Notes: generated from the letters alone by a model not told the origin. A stretch of DNA of 64,000 nt from Candidatus Latescibacterota bacterium (GCA_965222075.1 OZ244937.1:704001-768000), one strand, 5' to 3'. Shown: positions 30,886 through 41,849, counted from the stretch's first letter. Numbers and translations: made by a program.

Positions 30886-32463
30886 ATGGAACAGTGGATT
30901 TTAACGCTCTTGACATTTATTCCCCTGCTGGGCGCGGTGGTGATTTTGCTGCTTCCCGGCAAGGCCATCAACCCGATTCGCTGGGTCGCGCTTGGGACCA
31001 CGGGAATCTGTGTGGTGCTGGCGGTCTGGCTTTACGGGGCGTTCGATCGGTCGGTTCCGGGGATGCAGTTTACGGTGAAACTGCCCTGGATCGCGTCTTT
31101 CAACATCGAGTACTTTATGGGGATCGATGGGCTGAGCGTGTTGATGGTGCTGCTGACGGCGCTGCTGGGTTTTCTGTGCATTCCGGCTTCCTGGGGGATT
31201 AACCGGGGGGTGAAGAGCTACTTCGCGCTGTTCCTGCTGTTGGAGACGGGGATGCAGGGGGTGTTCGTATCGCTGGACTTTTTTTTGTTTTACGTCTTCT
31301 GGGAGATTATGCTCCTGCCGATGTATTTCCTGATCGGAATCTGGGGCGGCTCCCGGAAGGAGTATGCGGCGATCAAGTTCTTCCTCTACACACTGGCCGG
31401 GAGCGTGCTGCTTTTGCTGGCGATGCTGGCGTTCTATTTCAACACGACCGATCCGGCCACCGGCCAGCATACGTTCAATATGCTTGTGATGATGGACCAG
31501 GCGAACCACTCGGAGTGGCTCCGCCTGGGCACCGTGTTCGGATACTCCGTGCCGGTGGCGGTCTGGATGACCATGTTTATCGCGTTTGCGATCAAGGTGC
31601 CCCTGTTCCCGTTTCACACCTGGCTGCCCGATGCGCACGTGGAAGCGCCCACGCCCATCAGCGTGATTTTAGCGGGTGTGCTGCTGAAGATGGGGACTTA
31701 CGGCATGCTGCGGTTTAACTACCCGATGCTGCCGGATGCGACGAAGTACTTCAGTACGTTTCTGGCGGTGATCGGCGTGATTAACATTATCTACGGGGCG
31801 CTGTGCGCGATGGCGCAGACCGATCTGAAGAAGCTGGTGGCCTATTCCAGCATCAGTCACATGGGCTTTGTGATGCTGGGGATGTCGGCATTTACAGTAC
31901 ACGGGATCAACGGGGCGGTGTTCCAGATGTTTAACCACGGGACGATTACGGCGATGCTCTTTTTGCTGGTGGGCGTGATTTACGACCGGGCGCACCACCG
32001 CTTTATCGTGTTCCCCGGAGATTACGAAGAGCCGGAACTGCGGGGCCAGCTGGGGTTTGGGGGGCTGTGGTCGCACATGCCGGTATACGGAAGCATCACC
32101 ATGGTGGCCTATTTTGCAGCGCTGGGGTTGCCGGGGCTTTCCGGGTTTATCAGCGAGGCGCTCTGCTTCTTAGGGGCGTTTCCGGTCCACAGGACGCTGA
32201 CGATTCTGGGCACGCTGGGGGTGCTGCTGGGCGCCGGGTATATGCTGTGGGCCTTTCAGCGGCTGTTTATGGGGCCGTTTAACGAGCGCTACAAGGACCT
32301 GCCCGAGATCAACAGCCGGGAGGTCTTTACACTGGCGCCGCTGGCGGCCATCGTGGTGCTGCTGGGGATCTATCCCGCGCCGGTGTTGAATTTGATCAGC
32401 GTCTCTTTGGGGCAGCTGTCCCAGGTGCTGGGATCGGCGACGATGTCTGTGTCGGGGTTTTAA
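30886..32463 (+). CDS. nuoM: NADH-quinone oxidoreductase subunit M
   Basis: KVPLFPFHTWLPDAHVEAPT and AYSSISHMG. Confidence 0.96.
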   Translation: MEQWILTLLTFIPLLGAVVILLLPGKAINPIRWVALGTTGICVVLAVWLYGAFDRSVPGMQFTVKLPWIASFNIEYFMGIDGLSVLMVLLTALLGFLCIPASWGINRGVKSYFALFLLLETGMQGVFVSLDFFLFYVFWEIMLLPMYFLIGIWGGSRKEYAAIKFFLYTLAGSVLLLLAMLAFYFNTTDPATGQHTFNMLVMMDQANHSEWLRLGTVFGYSVPVAVWMTMFIAFAIKVPLFPFHTWLPDAHVEAPTPISVILAGVLLKMGTYGMLRFNYPMLPDATKYFSTFLAVIGVINIIYGALCAMAQTDLKKLVAYSSISHMGFVMLGMSAFTVHGINGAVFQMFNHGTITAMLFLLVGVIYDRAHHRFIVFPGDYEEPELRGQLGFGGLWSHMPVYGSITMVAYFAALGLPGLSGFISEALCFLGAFPVHRTLTILGTLGVLLGAGYMLWAFQRLFMGPFNERYKDLPEINSREVFTLAPLAAIVVLLGIYPAPVLNLISVSLGQLSQVLGSATMSVSGF

Positions 32464-32507
32464 TCGTAAAGCGCATGAGAAGGCAGAGGGCATAGGTAAA
32501 AAGGAGG

Positions 32508-34040
32508 GTGGTTTTGCTGCCGGAGGCTATAGCACGCGCAGTGGCGGTGAACCTGGAGAGCCTGAGCTATTTCTGGCCCGAGGTGATCCTGACGCTTGCG
32601 ATCCTGGTCATTGTAGTGGTGGACCTGATCGTGTCCGGGAAGAAGGTGGGGTTGCTGACCGGGCTGACGCTGGCGGCCCTGGGGGTTTGCCTTTTTGCGA
32701 TTGTGGGGCTTTACGATGAGGAGCCGCGGGCGCTGTTTATGGGGATGATGGCCTTAGACGGTTTCTCCCTCTTTTTCAAGGCGCTGTTTGTGGTTACCAC
32801 CATCGTGGTCACCCTGTTCGGCCTGCAATCTCCGGATATCGACCAGGACCGGATCGGGGAGTTCTACGCGATCTTCCTTTCGGTGGTCCTGGGCGGGTTT
32901 CTGATGGCGTCTGCCACGAACCTGCTGATGATGTACCTTTCGCTGGAACTGGTCAGTGTGCCTTCGTTTATTCTGGCCGGATACCAGAAGAAGGTCCGGC
33001 GGTCCAACGAGGCGGCCCTGAAGTACGTGGTCTACGGAGGGGTCTCGTCGGGGATTATGCTCTACGGGTTCTCCCTGATTTACGGGCTGACCGGAACGCT
33101 GGATATCCACCAGATCGCCGCGCAGCTGGGCAGGACGACACCGTATAGTCTGACGCTCTTTTTGGGGGCGACGTTTGCGATGGCGGGCTTTGGCTACAAG
33201 GTGGCGTCGGTGCCGTTCCACTTCTGGTGCCCCGATGTGTACGAGGGCGCGCCCACGCCGGTGACGGCCTTTCTGTCCGTAGCGCCAAAGGCGGCCGGAT
33301 TTGCCATGCTGTCCCGGTTTTTTTACATGGGGCTGTCGGCCTACAACGGAACGTCGGGGCAGGCGCTGGACGTGGACTGGCAGTACCTGCTGGCCCTGAT
33401 TTCGGCCTGTACGATGACCCTGGGCAACCTGACGGCGATCTGGCAGAACAACCTGAAGCGGCTCCTGGCCTATTCGAGCATCGCCCATGCGGGATATATT
33501 ATGATGGGTGTGGTGATGCTGTCCGCGTCGGGATTGATGGCGGTGATGTTCTACACCGCGGCCTATCTGTTTATGAACCTGGGGGCGTTCCTGGTGGTCC
33601 TGGTGCTTGCGGTGCGGATCGGGAGCGAGGATATCAGGGATTACAAAGGCCTGGGCTGGCGGTCTCCCTGGATTGCGCTGGCGATGACGGCGTTTCTCCT
33701 GTCGCTGACCGGAATTCCGCCTACGGCGGGTTTCGTAGGGAAGGTCTACCTGTTTTCTGCGGTGATCGAGGGGGGGCTCTACTGGCTGGCGGTGGTGGGC
33801 GCGTTGAACAGCGCGGTGTCACTCTACTATTATGCCAGGATTTTCCGGACGATGTACCTGGAGGCCCCGGCCGTTGAGGAACGCGTGACGATTCCCACGT
33901 TCGCCACGGTGACGCTGGCCGTGCTTTTTGCAGGTACGATACTGCTGGGGGTCTACTGGGCGCCGCTGGCGGACCTGGCCGACCGGTCGACTGCGCTGTT
34001 TATGGGGAGTATCGAAGGTGCGCAGGCGGTGGTGAAATAG
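32508..34040 (+). CDS. nuoN: NADH-quinone oxidoreductase subunit N
   Basis: EAALKY, VPFHFWCPDVYEGAPTPV and KRLLAYSSIAHAG. Confidence 0.96.
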   Translation: MVLLPEAIARAVAVNLESLSYFWPEVILTLAILVIVVVDLIVSGKKVGLLTGLTLAALGVCLFAIVGLYDEEPRALFMGMMALDGFSLFFKALFVVTTIVVTLFGLQSPDIDQDRIGEFYAIFLSVVLGGFLMASATNLLMMYLSLELVSVPSFILAGYQKKVRRSNEAALKYVVYGGVSSGIMLYGFSLIYGLTGTLDIHQIAAQLGRTTPYSLTLFLGATFAMAGFGYKVASVPFHFWCPDVYEGAPTPVTAFLSVAPKAAGFAMLSRFFYMGLSAYNGTSGQALDVDWQYLLALISACTMTLGNLTAIWQNNLKRLLAYSSIAHAGYIMMGVVMLSASGLMAVMFYTAAYLFMNLGAFLVVLVLAVRIGSEDIRDYKGLGWRSPWIALAMTAFLLSLTGIPPTAGFVGKVYLFSAVIEGGLYWLAVVGALNSAVSLYYYARIFRTMYLEAPAVEERVTIPTFATVTLAVLFAGTILLGVYWAPLADLADRSTALFMGSIEGAQAVVK

Positions 34041-34064
34041 GCAAAGGGCGATATGCACAAATCT

Positions 34065-34098
34065 AAAGGCGCTGCGGGTGACCGCAGCGCCTTTTTTT
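34065..34098. terminator. Intrinsic (probably bidirectional) terminator after nuoN
   Basis: aaaggcgctgcg-ggtgac-cgcagcgccttt followed by a T-run. Confidence 0.88.
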
Positions 34099-34115
34099 AG
34101 AGGACGAGAACGGTG

Positions 34116-34544
34116 TCATCTTCCCCAGGCTTTGCCGCTTGGGCTTTGCCTCTTTTTCTTTTTCGGAAGGTCTTTTTTTTCTACGACAAATCCGACGAGG
34201 CGCTTTTGTCCCAGCTTTTTGAGGTAGGCCAGGAGGGAGATTTCGGCCTCTTTCGCGTTGAGTTTGTGGGTTTCGCTGAGGTTTCGGATCATGGCCTCTA
34301 CCGTGGTGCGACCGTCGCATATCTCCCAGACCTGGGTGCCGAGTTCGTCCAGGACGAGGGTGCGATTTTCGGGGATCCAGAAGATTTTGGAGAGGATCCG
34401 GACCTTCAGGCTGTCTCCCCGTTTGAGGGTGATGGCCACTTCGCCGTCTTCGTTTTTCTCCCATTCCAGCTGGTCGTTGCGGGCCGGCTTGGAATTGAGC
34501 ATGGCCTCCCGGCCGATGTTGGGTTGCTTTTTTTTGAACAACAA
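34116..34544 (-). CDS. PqqD-family (RRE-like) protein with basic tail
   Basis: LDELGTQVWEICDGRTTVEAMIRNLS...FL/YLKKL..KRLV is a PqqD winged-helix pattern. Confidence 0.8.
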   Translation of the reverse strand: MLFKKKQPNIGREAMLNSKPARNDQLEWEKNEDGEVAITLKRGDSLKVRILSKIFWIPENRTLVLDELGTQVWEICDGRTTVEAMIRNLSETHKLNAKEAEISLLAYLKKLGQKRLVGFVVEKKDLPKKKKRQSPSGKAWGR

Positions 34545-34671
34545 GACAATACGCTCCCGATATAAGTTGCACCCATGATCTATCGTTCTGCCAGGCTTTC
34601 TGGCATCACCATATGAATTTACAGTTGTTGTGAATTTCTGTCAAGCCAAAGGGGCCGTCAAAAAATAGTGG

Positions 34672-34700
34672 TTGACGGATGCACTTTTCCGGGTTATTTT
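34672..34700 (+). promoter_or_regulatory. Promoter for the leader peptide / leuS-like gene
   Basis: TTGACG-17bp-TATTTT. A divergent TTGACA-17bp-TAAATT (34644-34616) serves the PqqD gene. Confidence 0.55.
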
Positions 34701-34764
34701 CTTTGAACACCACTCTCTGGGGTATTCGATGATGCAAATAGATCGTGCAGGCACAACCCTCCGG

Positions 34765-34899
34765 ATGGATATACCAGCTGCGCCGGCAGCGCCGTGTGTT
34801 CGGTTCGGATGGACCCTCCTTCTTAGCGGTGGGCTCCTCGGTCTTTGCGCCGGGGGCTCTGCAGGGGGAGAGGCGTGCCTTAGACCGTTCGTATTTTAA
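34765..34899 (+). CDS. Putative Leu-rich leader peptide (alternative in-frame ATG at 34729/34732)
   Basis: MDIPAAPAAPCVRFGWTLLLSGGLLGLCAGG... has 6 Leu codons (all CTC/CTT) within 10 codons at 34816-34845. Confidence 0.7.
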   Translation: MDIPAAPAAPCVRFGWTLLLSGGLLGLCAGGSAGGEACLRPFVF

Positions 34900-34924
34900 C
34901 CGTTTTGGACACCTATTCTTTTTG

Positions 34925-34961
34925 CCCGCTGCCGAGCCCGATCGGTAGCGGGTTTTTATTT
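34925..34961 (+). terminator. Attenuator terminator upstream of the leuS-like gene
   Basis: cccgctgccga-gcccga-tcggtagcggg-tttttattt. The 5' arm can alternatively pair with 34854-34868 (13/15). Confidence 0.8.
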
Positions 34962-34980
34962 GTTTCCCGGGAGGTTTCTC

Positions 34981-36594
34981 ATGGTTGCCGAATACGATTT
35001 CCAGAAGATCGAACGGAAGTGGCAGGAGGTCTGGCGGCGAGAGGGGACGCAGCAGGATGGGAGCGGCGCAAAACCGCAGGGCGTACCCACAGGAGCCGAC
35101 GCGATCCACCCTCTGATCGGTGTGCGGGTGCCGGTCTGGATTGCCGACTATGTGCTGATGGACTACGGGACCGGGGCGGTGATGGGGGTGCCGGCGCACG
35201 ACGCCCGGGATTTTGCGTTTGCACAGGCCTACCGGCTGCCGGTGGTGCGGGTCATCGATGGGGGAGGGCGCCTCGAAGCGGGTCTGCCCTATGAAGGGGA
35301 GGGAACGCTGGTGGGGTCGGGGCGGTTTGACGGGATGGGGAACCGGGATGGGGCAGCGGGGATTGTCGAGGCGCTGGAAGCGCAGGGGGTTGGCGGTAAG
35401 GCGGTGAGCTACCGGCTGAGGGACTGGTGCATCTCCCGGCAGCGCTACTGGGGGACGCCGATTCCGATTGTGGACTGCGTCCGCTGCGGCGAGCTACCCG
35501 TGCCGGAGGCGGATCTGCCGGTCCGCCTGCCTCACCTGGTCGATTTTCGGCCCGACGGCCGATCGCCCCTGGCACGGGCGCCGGGGTTTGTGCAGACGGT
35601 GTGTCCGCAATGCGGTGGGACAGCCGGGCGGGAGTGCGATACCATGACGGGGTTCGTGTGTTCGTCCTGGTACTTCCTGAGGTTCGTCTCGCCTGAGGAA
35701 GGACAGCGGCCGTTCGATCCGGAGTTGGTGCGCCGGTGGCTGCCGGTGGCGCATTATATCGGCGGGAAGGAACACGCGGTGGGACACCTGCTCTACGCGC
35801 GTTTTATGACGCGGTTTCTGAAGGATATCGGGTGGGTGGACATCGAGGAGCCCTTTGTGCGCCTGTTCAACCAGGGAGTGGTCTACAAGGACGGGGCGAA
35901 GATGTCCAAGTCTAAGGGAAACGTGGTGGGGGTGGACGAGATGGTAGAGATCTATGGCGCGGATACGGCGCGGGTGTTTGTGCTGTTTGCCACGCCGCCG
36001 GACCGGGATATGGCGTGGAGCGATACGGGCGTGAAAGGGATCTTCCGGTTTTTGACGCGGGTGTGGCGGGCGGTACTGGGTGAAGAGGGAAGATCCGGTG
36101 TGGAGCGGGAAGAGGGGCTCGTGCGTGTGACCCACCGCACCATCCGGGCGGTGACGGAAGATTTGGAGCGGATGCACTTTAATACGGCGATCAGCCGGCT
36201 GATGGAACTGACAACGGCGATCCAGCAGGCGGTTCAGGCAGGAGGGAATTGGACCGGGGTCCGGGAGGCTCGCGAGGCCCTGGTGTCGATCCTGGCGCCG
36301 TTTGCACCTCATATTGCGGAGGAGCTGTGGCGCCTGTTGGGAAAGTCGGGAAGCGTACACCGGACGCCGTGGCCGTCCTACGATCCGGCGCTGGCTGCGG
36401 AAGAGGTGGTCACGGTGGTGGTGCAGGTCAATGGGAAGGTGCGGGACCGTTTCCAGGTGCCTGCCGGCACGCCGGAGGAGGCGCTGAGGCGGAGGGTCGA
36501 GGGCCGGAAACGGGTGCAGGTGCACCTAAGGGGACGAAAGGTGTTGCGGACGGTGGTGATACCGGATCGGCTGGTGAATTTCGTGGTAGCGTAG
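34981..36594 (+). CDS. Internally truncated leucyl-tRNA synthetase paralogue (no HIGH motif)
   Basis: LeuRS N-terminus YDFQKIERKWQ joined almost directly to CP1 sequence (HP..G..VPVWIADYVLMDYGTGAVMGVPAHD). Also has LRDWCISRQRYWGTPIP, KMSKS, LAPFAPHIAEELW and VQVNGKVR. GGAGG RBS present. Confidence 0.85.
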   Translation: MVAEYDFQKIERKWQEVWRREGTQQDGSGAKPQGVPTGADAIHPLIGVRVPVWIADYVLMDYGTGAVMGVPAHDARDFAFAQAYRLPVVRVIDGGGRLEAGLPYEGEGTLVGSGRFDGMGNRDGAAGIVEALEAQGVGGKAVSYRLRDWCISRQRYWGTPIPIVDCVRCGELPVPEADLPVRLPHLVDFRPDGRSPLARAPGFVQTVCPQCGGTAGRECDTMTGFVCSSWYFLRFVSPEEGQRPFDPELVRRWLPVAHYIGGKEHAVGHLLYARFMTRFLKDIGWVDIEEPFVRLFNQGVVYKDGAKMSKSKGNVVGVDEMVEIYGADTARVFVLFATPPDRDMAWSDTGVKGIFRFLTRVWRAVLGEEGRSGVEREEGLVRVTHRTIRAVTEDLERMHFNTAISRLMELTTAIQQAVQAGGNWTGVREAREALVSILAPFAPHIAEELWRLLGKSGSVHRTPWPSYDPALAAEEVVTVVVQVNGKVRDRFQVPAGTPEEALRRRVEGRKRVQVHLRGRKVLRTVVIPDRLVNFVVA

Positions 36595-36646
36595 ACATAA
36601 GAATCCCAAACGGATCGGCGTTGGTGCTGATCGTAACACCGGGGCA

Positions 36647-37606
36647 TCATACCTCTTGCGTTGTTTCTGCATGGCAGAGAACGTTCCGGCAGCACGCCTC
36701 GATGTCCGGGGCGTCGTCCGCTTTTTTCCAGTAGGACTGAACGACGTAGATCTTGTTGGATTCCGGGCAGGCCCAGACGCGGCCGTTCAGGTGGAGGCGG
36801 GGTCTCACGTGCCAGAAAGGGAGGGGGTGCAGAAGGGCGCGCCAGCGGCTTTTGGGCCTGCCCTGCACAAGGATGCCCGGATGGCCTGCTGTGGTGGCTT
36901 CTTCGGTCTCAAAGACCAGGTGACGGAGATCTTTCCGGAAAAAGTCCCGGTACCAGTCTGCGTGCGTGCGGTCCTTAAGGAGTGTTTTGGCCAGGCTGAG
37001 GCGGTCGACCTGCAGGGTGTTCCTGCCCTGCTCGAAGCGGAAGCAGAGATGGCCCGACTTGAGGTCGTAGGTCTCCAGGGCATAGCCGGGGAGAGAGGTG
37101 AACACCAGGTCGAAGAGCGCCCAGGTGTGAGGCCCGTCGGGAGGGCTGTCTTCAAGGGAGTTGAACAGGCGGGCCAGGAAGTCGGCCATGTCTTCGTCGG
37201 GACGGCCCATGATTCTGAGAAAGAGGAAGCGGTCGGAGGCCGAGCTGTAGCAGGTCAGGGTGTAGACCCGGGCGTCGGACTCCCAGATGAAATACTCCAT
37301 CGGGTGCATGTCGGGCAGGTTGAGCCCGGGACACTCGGCGTTGCGTTCAACGTGGAGGCCTGTCTTCTGTTTCTGGGCGGTTTTGGCCAGGCCTTCTACA
37401 AAGCGGTCTACAATCAGGGTTATCCGATTGTCTCCGTGGGCCTCCCGCCACTCTATTTCCATACGGATGGTCGTCGCGTCGTCGAGCCGGACGCTGCCGG
37501 ATTTACGGTCCCCGACGATCTTTCCAGGATTCCATTCGGCCGGGATGTCGAGGCGAATGCCGTGCCAGCCGAAGGGTACCCAGTGGGCATAGCGCAAGCG
37601 TTTCAC
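36647..37606 (-). CDS. Hypothetical protein (319 aa)
   Basis: Long ORF with host-like codon usage filling the gap. No motif I can name confidently. Confidence 0.75.
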   Translation of the reverse strand: MKRLRYAHWVPFGWHGIRLDIPAEWNPGKIVGDRKSGSVRLDDATTIRMEIEWREAHGDNRITLIVDRFVEGLAKTAQKQKTGLHVERNAECPGLNLPDMHPMEYFIWESDARVYTLTCYSSASDRFLFLRIMGRPDEDMADFLARLFNSLEDSPPDGPHTWALFDLVFTSLPGYALETYDLKSGHLCFRFEQGRNTLQVDRLSLAKTLLKDRTHADWYRDFFRKDLRHLVFETEEATTAGHPGILVQGRPKSRWRALLHPLPFWHVRPRLHLNGRVWACPESNKIYVVQSYWKKADDAPDIEACCRNVLCHAETTQEV

Positions 37607-37783
37607 GTGAGGCGGTCTCTAAGTAAAGGTTTTTAAGGAGGTTCTAACCAGCGATCCTAAAAGTATATACGCACGGGGGGGGTGTCAAGAGATTTCGGGG
37701 TTGGGGGTGGTTTTCGTGAGCAAGATGGTGCGTTTAAAAGAGAAATCCAGGGGGAGGTTATGTGCGGTCTACGAAATTAATGC

Positions 37784-37836
37784 TTGACGAATGAACTAAT
37801 GTGCAGTATATTGCATTATACTAATGTGCAGTATAT
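37784..37836 (+). promoter_or_regulatory. lexA promoter overlapped by two putative LexA operators
   Basis: TTGACG-17-TATATT (37784-37812). The 17-bp direct repeat actaatgtgcagtatat occurs at 37795-37811 and 37820-37836, forming TGAAC-N4-GTGCA and TATAC-N4-GTGCA. Confidence 0.75.
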
Positions 37837-37883
37837 CCCGCTTTTCAGATCACGGTTCAACTGATCTCAAGGAGGTGTTGCCC

Positions 37884-38513
37884 ATGCGCAAGAAATTGAC
37901 CGACAGACAGCAGGAAATTTACGGGTTTATCGCCCAGACGATCCGCGATAAGAGGTTTCCGCCCACGATCCGGGAGATTATGGAGGCCTTTCAGATCGCC
38001 TCCACCAACGGGGTGAGGACCACGCTGGCTGCGCTGGAGAAGAAGGGGTTTATCAAACGGCGGCCGATGCTTTCCCGGGGCATCGAGTTGACCGATTATG
38101 TGGAACGCGATCTGCCTGCATCCCTTGAGATTCGGGAGATCCCGGTGATCGGGCGGGTGGCCGCAGGGGAGCCGATCCTGGCCGCGGAAAATGTGGAGGG
38201 GACGGTGGCCGTGGACCGCTCGTTTGTGCGTTCAGACGAGGTCTTTGCGCTGCGGGTGAGGGGAGAAAGCATGCGGAATGCCGGGATTATGGACGGCGAC
38301 TACGTGCTGGCCCGGCAGCAGCCGACGGCAACTGCCGGAGATATTGTGGTGGCGGTGATCGGGGAGGAGGCCACGGTTAAGCGCTACTACCCGGAAGGGC
38401 GGAAGGTGCGGCTGATGCCGGAGAACGAGATGTTTGAGCCGATCGTGGTGGACCCCCGGCAGGACGCGTTCCGGATCGCGGGCAAGATCGTGGGGTTGAT
38501 GCGGCGGTTCTGA
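37884..38513 (+). CDS. lexA: SOS repressor LexA
   Basis: LTDRQQEI, PPTIREI, GRVAAGEPILA (cleavage site), GESM (Ser) and ATVKR (Lys). Confidence 0.96.
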   Translation: MRKKLTDRQQEIYGFIAQTIRDKRFPPTIREIMEAFQIASTNGVRTTLAALEKKGFIKRRPMLSRGIELTDYVERDLPASLEIREIPVIGRVAAGEPILAAENVEGTVAVDRSFVRSDEVFALRVRGESMRNAGIMDGDYVLARQQPTATAGDIVVAVIGEEATVKRYYPEGRKVRLMPENEMFEPIVVDPRQDAFRIAGKIVGLMRRF

Positions 38514-38531
38514 TATTACGGAATCATATAG

Positions 38532-38570
38532 AAAAAAGCAGCCTCCCGTGTTGCAGCGGGGGGTTTTTTC
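38532..38570. terminator. Intrinsic terminator between convergent lexA and dprA
   Basis: A-run, gcctcccg...cgggggg stem, then T-run. Confidence 0.65.
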
Positions 38571-38590
38571 TTGTTGCAGGGTAATCGTTG

Positions 38591-39691
38591 TCAAATTTTT
38601 CGAACGAATTGCTTGCCCGGGCGCTGCTCCACCCGGTTGGCAAGCTCTAAGGCGAGCAGGACCGGGAGGGCCTGCGCGGGGGAAAGGCCAGCCTGGGCGG
38701 CGATGGCGTCGATGTGCTGGGAGAGGTCTGGGGAGAGGCTGTTGAGGACGGCCTGCTCGTCCCTGGGGAGGTCGGGCGGAGCGCCTTTCGGGACCAGCCG
38801 GTCGGGCGCCTGCCGCAGGGCGGCGGGAAGCTCCTGGAGGATGTCGTTCACGGTTTGTACCAGCACGGCGCCCTGTTTGATCAGTCGGTTGGTGCCGGCG
38901 CTCTTCCCCGAATAGATGGGGCCGGGAACGGCGAAGACTTCCCGGTTCTGTTCTAAGGCATGCTGCGCGGTGATCAGAGCGCCGCTGCGCTCGCCGGCCT
39001 CAACGACGACCACACCCAGGCTCAGGCCGCTGATGATCCGGTTGCGCCTGGGAAAGTTGTGGGATTCGGGGGTTGTGCCCACGGGGAATTCAGAGATGGC
39101 CGCCCCGGTTTCGCAGATCCGGCCGAAGAGGTCGATGTTTTCCGGCGGATAGGGACGGTCCAGGCCGCACCCCAGGACGGCGGCGGTGCGCCCGTTTCGC
39201 CCAAGGGCGCCCTGGTGGGCGTGGGTGTCGATGCCTATGGCCATCCCGCTGACAACGGTGATGCCCCGCAGGGCGAGTTCGTCGGCCAACCGGCAGGCGG
39301 TGTCCCGCCCGTAGGGCGTGAACGAGCGGGAACCGACCAGGGCAACGGTGGGATCGGCGCAAATGTCGATCGTTCCGCGCACGAAGAGGATGGGGGGTGG
39401 GGCGTAGATCTGCCGGAGGAGGGGCGGATAAGCGGCATCGGCCAGGGTGAGGATCCGGACATCGGCGCCCCTGGCCCTGGCCATCTGCTTTTCAGCCCAG
39501 CCCTCGTCCCGGTCTTCCTGAATGGCACGGGCCGTTTCCGCACCGATGTTGGGGACTTTGCAGAGCTGGGCAGGGGGGGTGCGCAAGACCTCGCCGGGGC
39601 TTTGGAAATGTTGAACGAGCCCGGAGAAGGCGGCCGGGCCCAGGCCGGGCACCGAGAGGAGGGTCAACCAGTCGTGCGGGTCTTGTGACAT
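38591..39691 (-). CDS. dprA: DNA-processing protein DprA
   Basis: VALVGSR, VVSGMAIGID, FPRRNRIISGLS and SGALITA...QNREVFAVPG. Confidence 0.96.
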   Translation of the reverse strand: MSQDPHDWLTLLSVPGLGPAAFSGLVQHFQSPGEVLRTPPAQLCKVPNIGAETARAIQEDRDEGWAEKQMARARGADVRILTLADAAYPPLLRQIYAPPPILFVRGTIDICADPTVALVGSRSFTPYGRDTACRLADELALRGITVVSGMAIGIDTHAHQGALGRNGRTAAVLGCGLDRPYPPENIDLFGRICETGAAISEFPVGTTPESHNFPRRNRIISGLSLGVVVVEAGERSGALITAQHALEQNREVFAVPGPIYSGKSAGTNRLIKQGAVLVQTVNDILQELPAALRQAPDRLVPKGAPPDLPRDEQAVLNSLSPDLSQHIDAIAAQAGLSPAQALPVLLALELANRVEQRPGKQFVRKI

Positions 39692-39843
39692 AGAGGTATT
39701 CTAACGCAAACAGGATGCCAGGGCAAAAAACCCTGAATTTACAGGGAGAAGGCGTTTGGGGGGGTGAACGGGGTTTTCAATTTGGGCAGTGGGAAATGAA
39801 CGCAGCGTTCAGGTCGCAAAGGGCAGCGGATCGATCCGGAGGC

Positions 39844-41792
<1,949 letters not shown>

Positions 41793-41849
41793 TTCTGCCT
41801 CCGATCTGAGAGCCCACAGGAAAATCCCATCCGGATGAGCCCTTTTTAT

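Noticed and set aside
34700-34960. T-box riboswitch upstream of the leuS-like gene
   Set aside because: No GGTGGNACC T-box sequence. The leader-peptide model explains the structures better.
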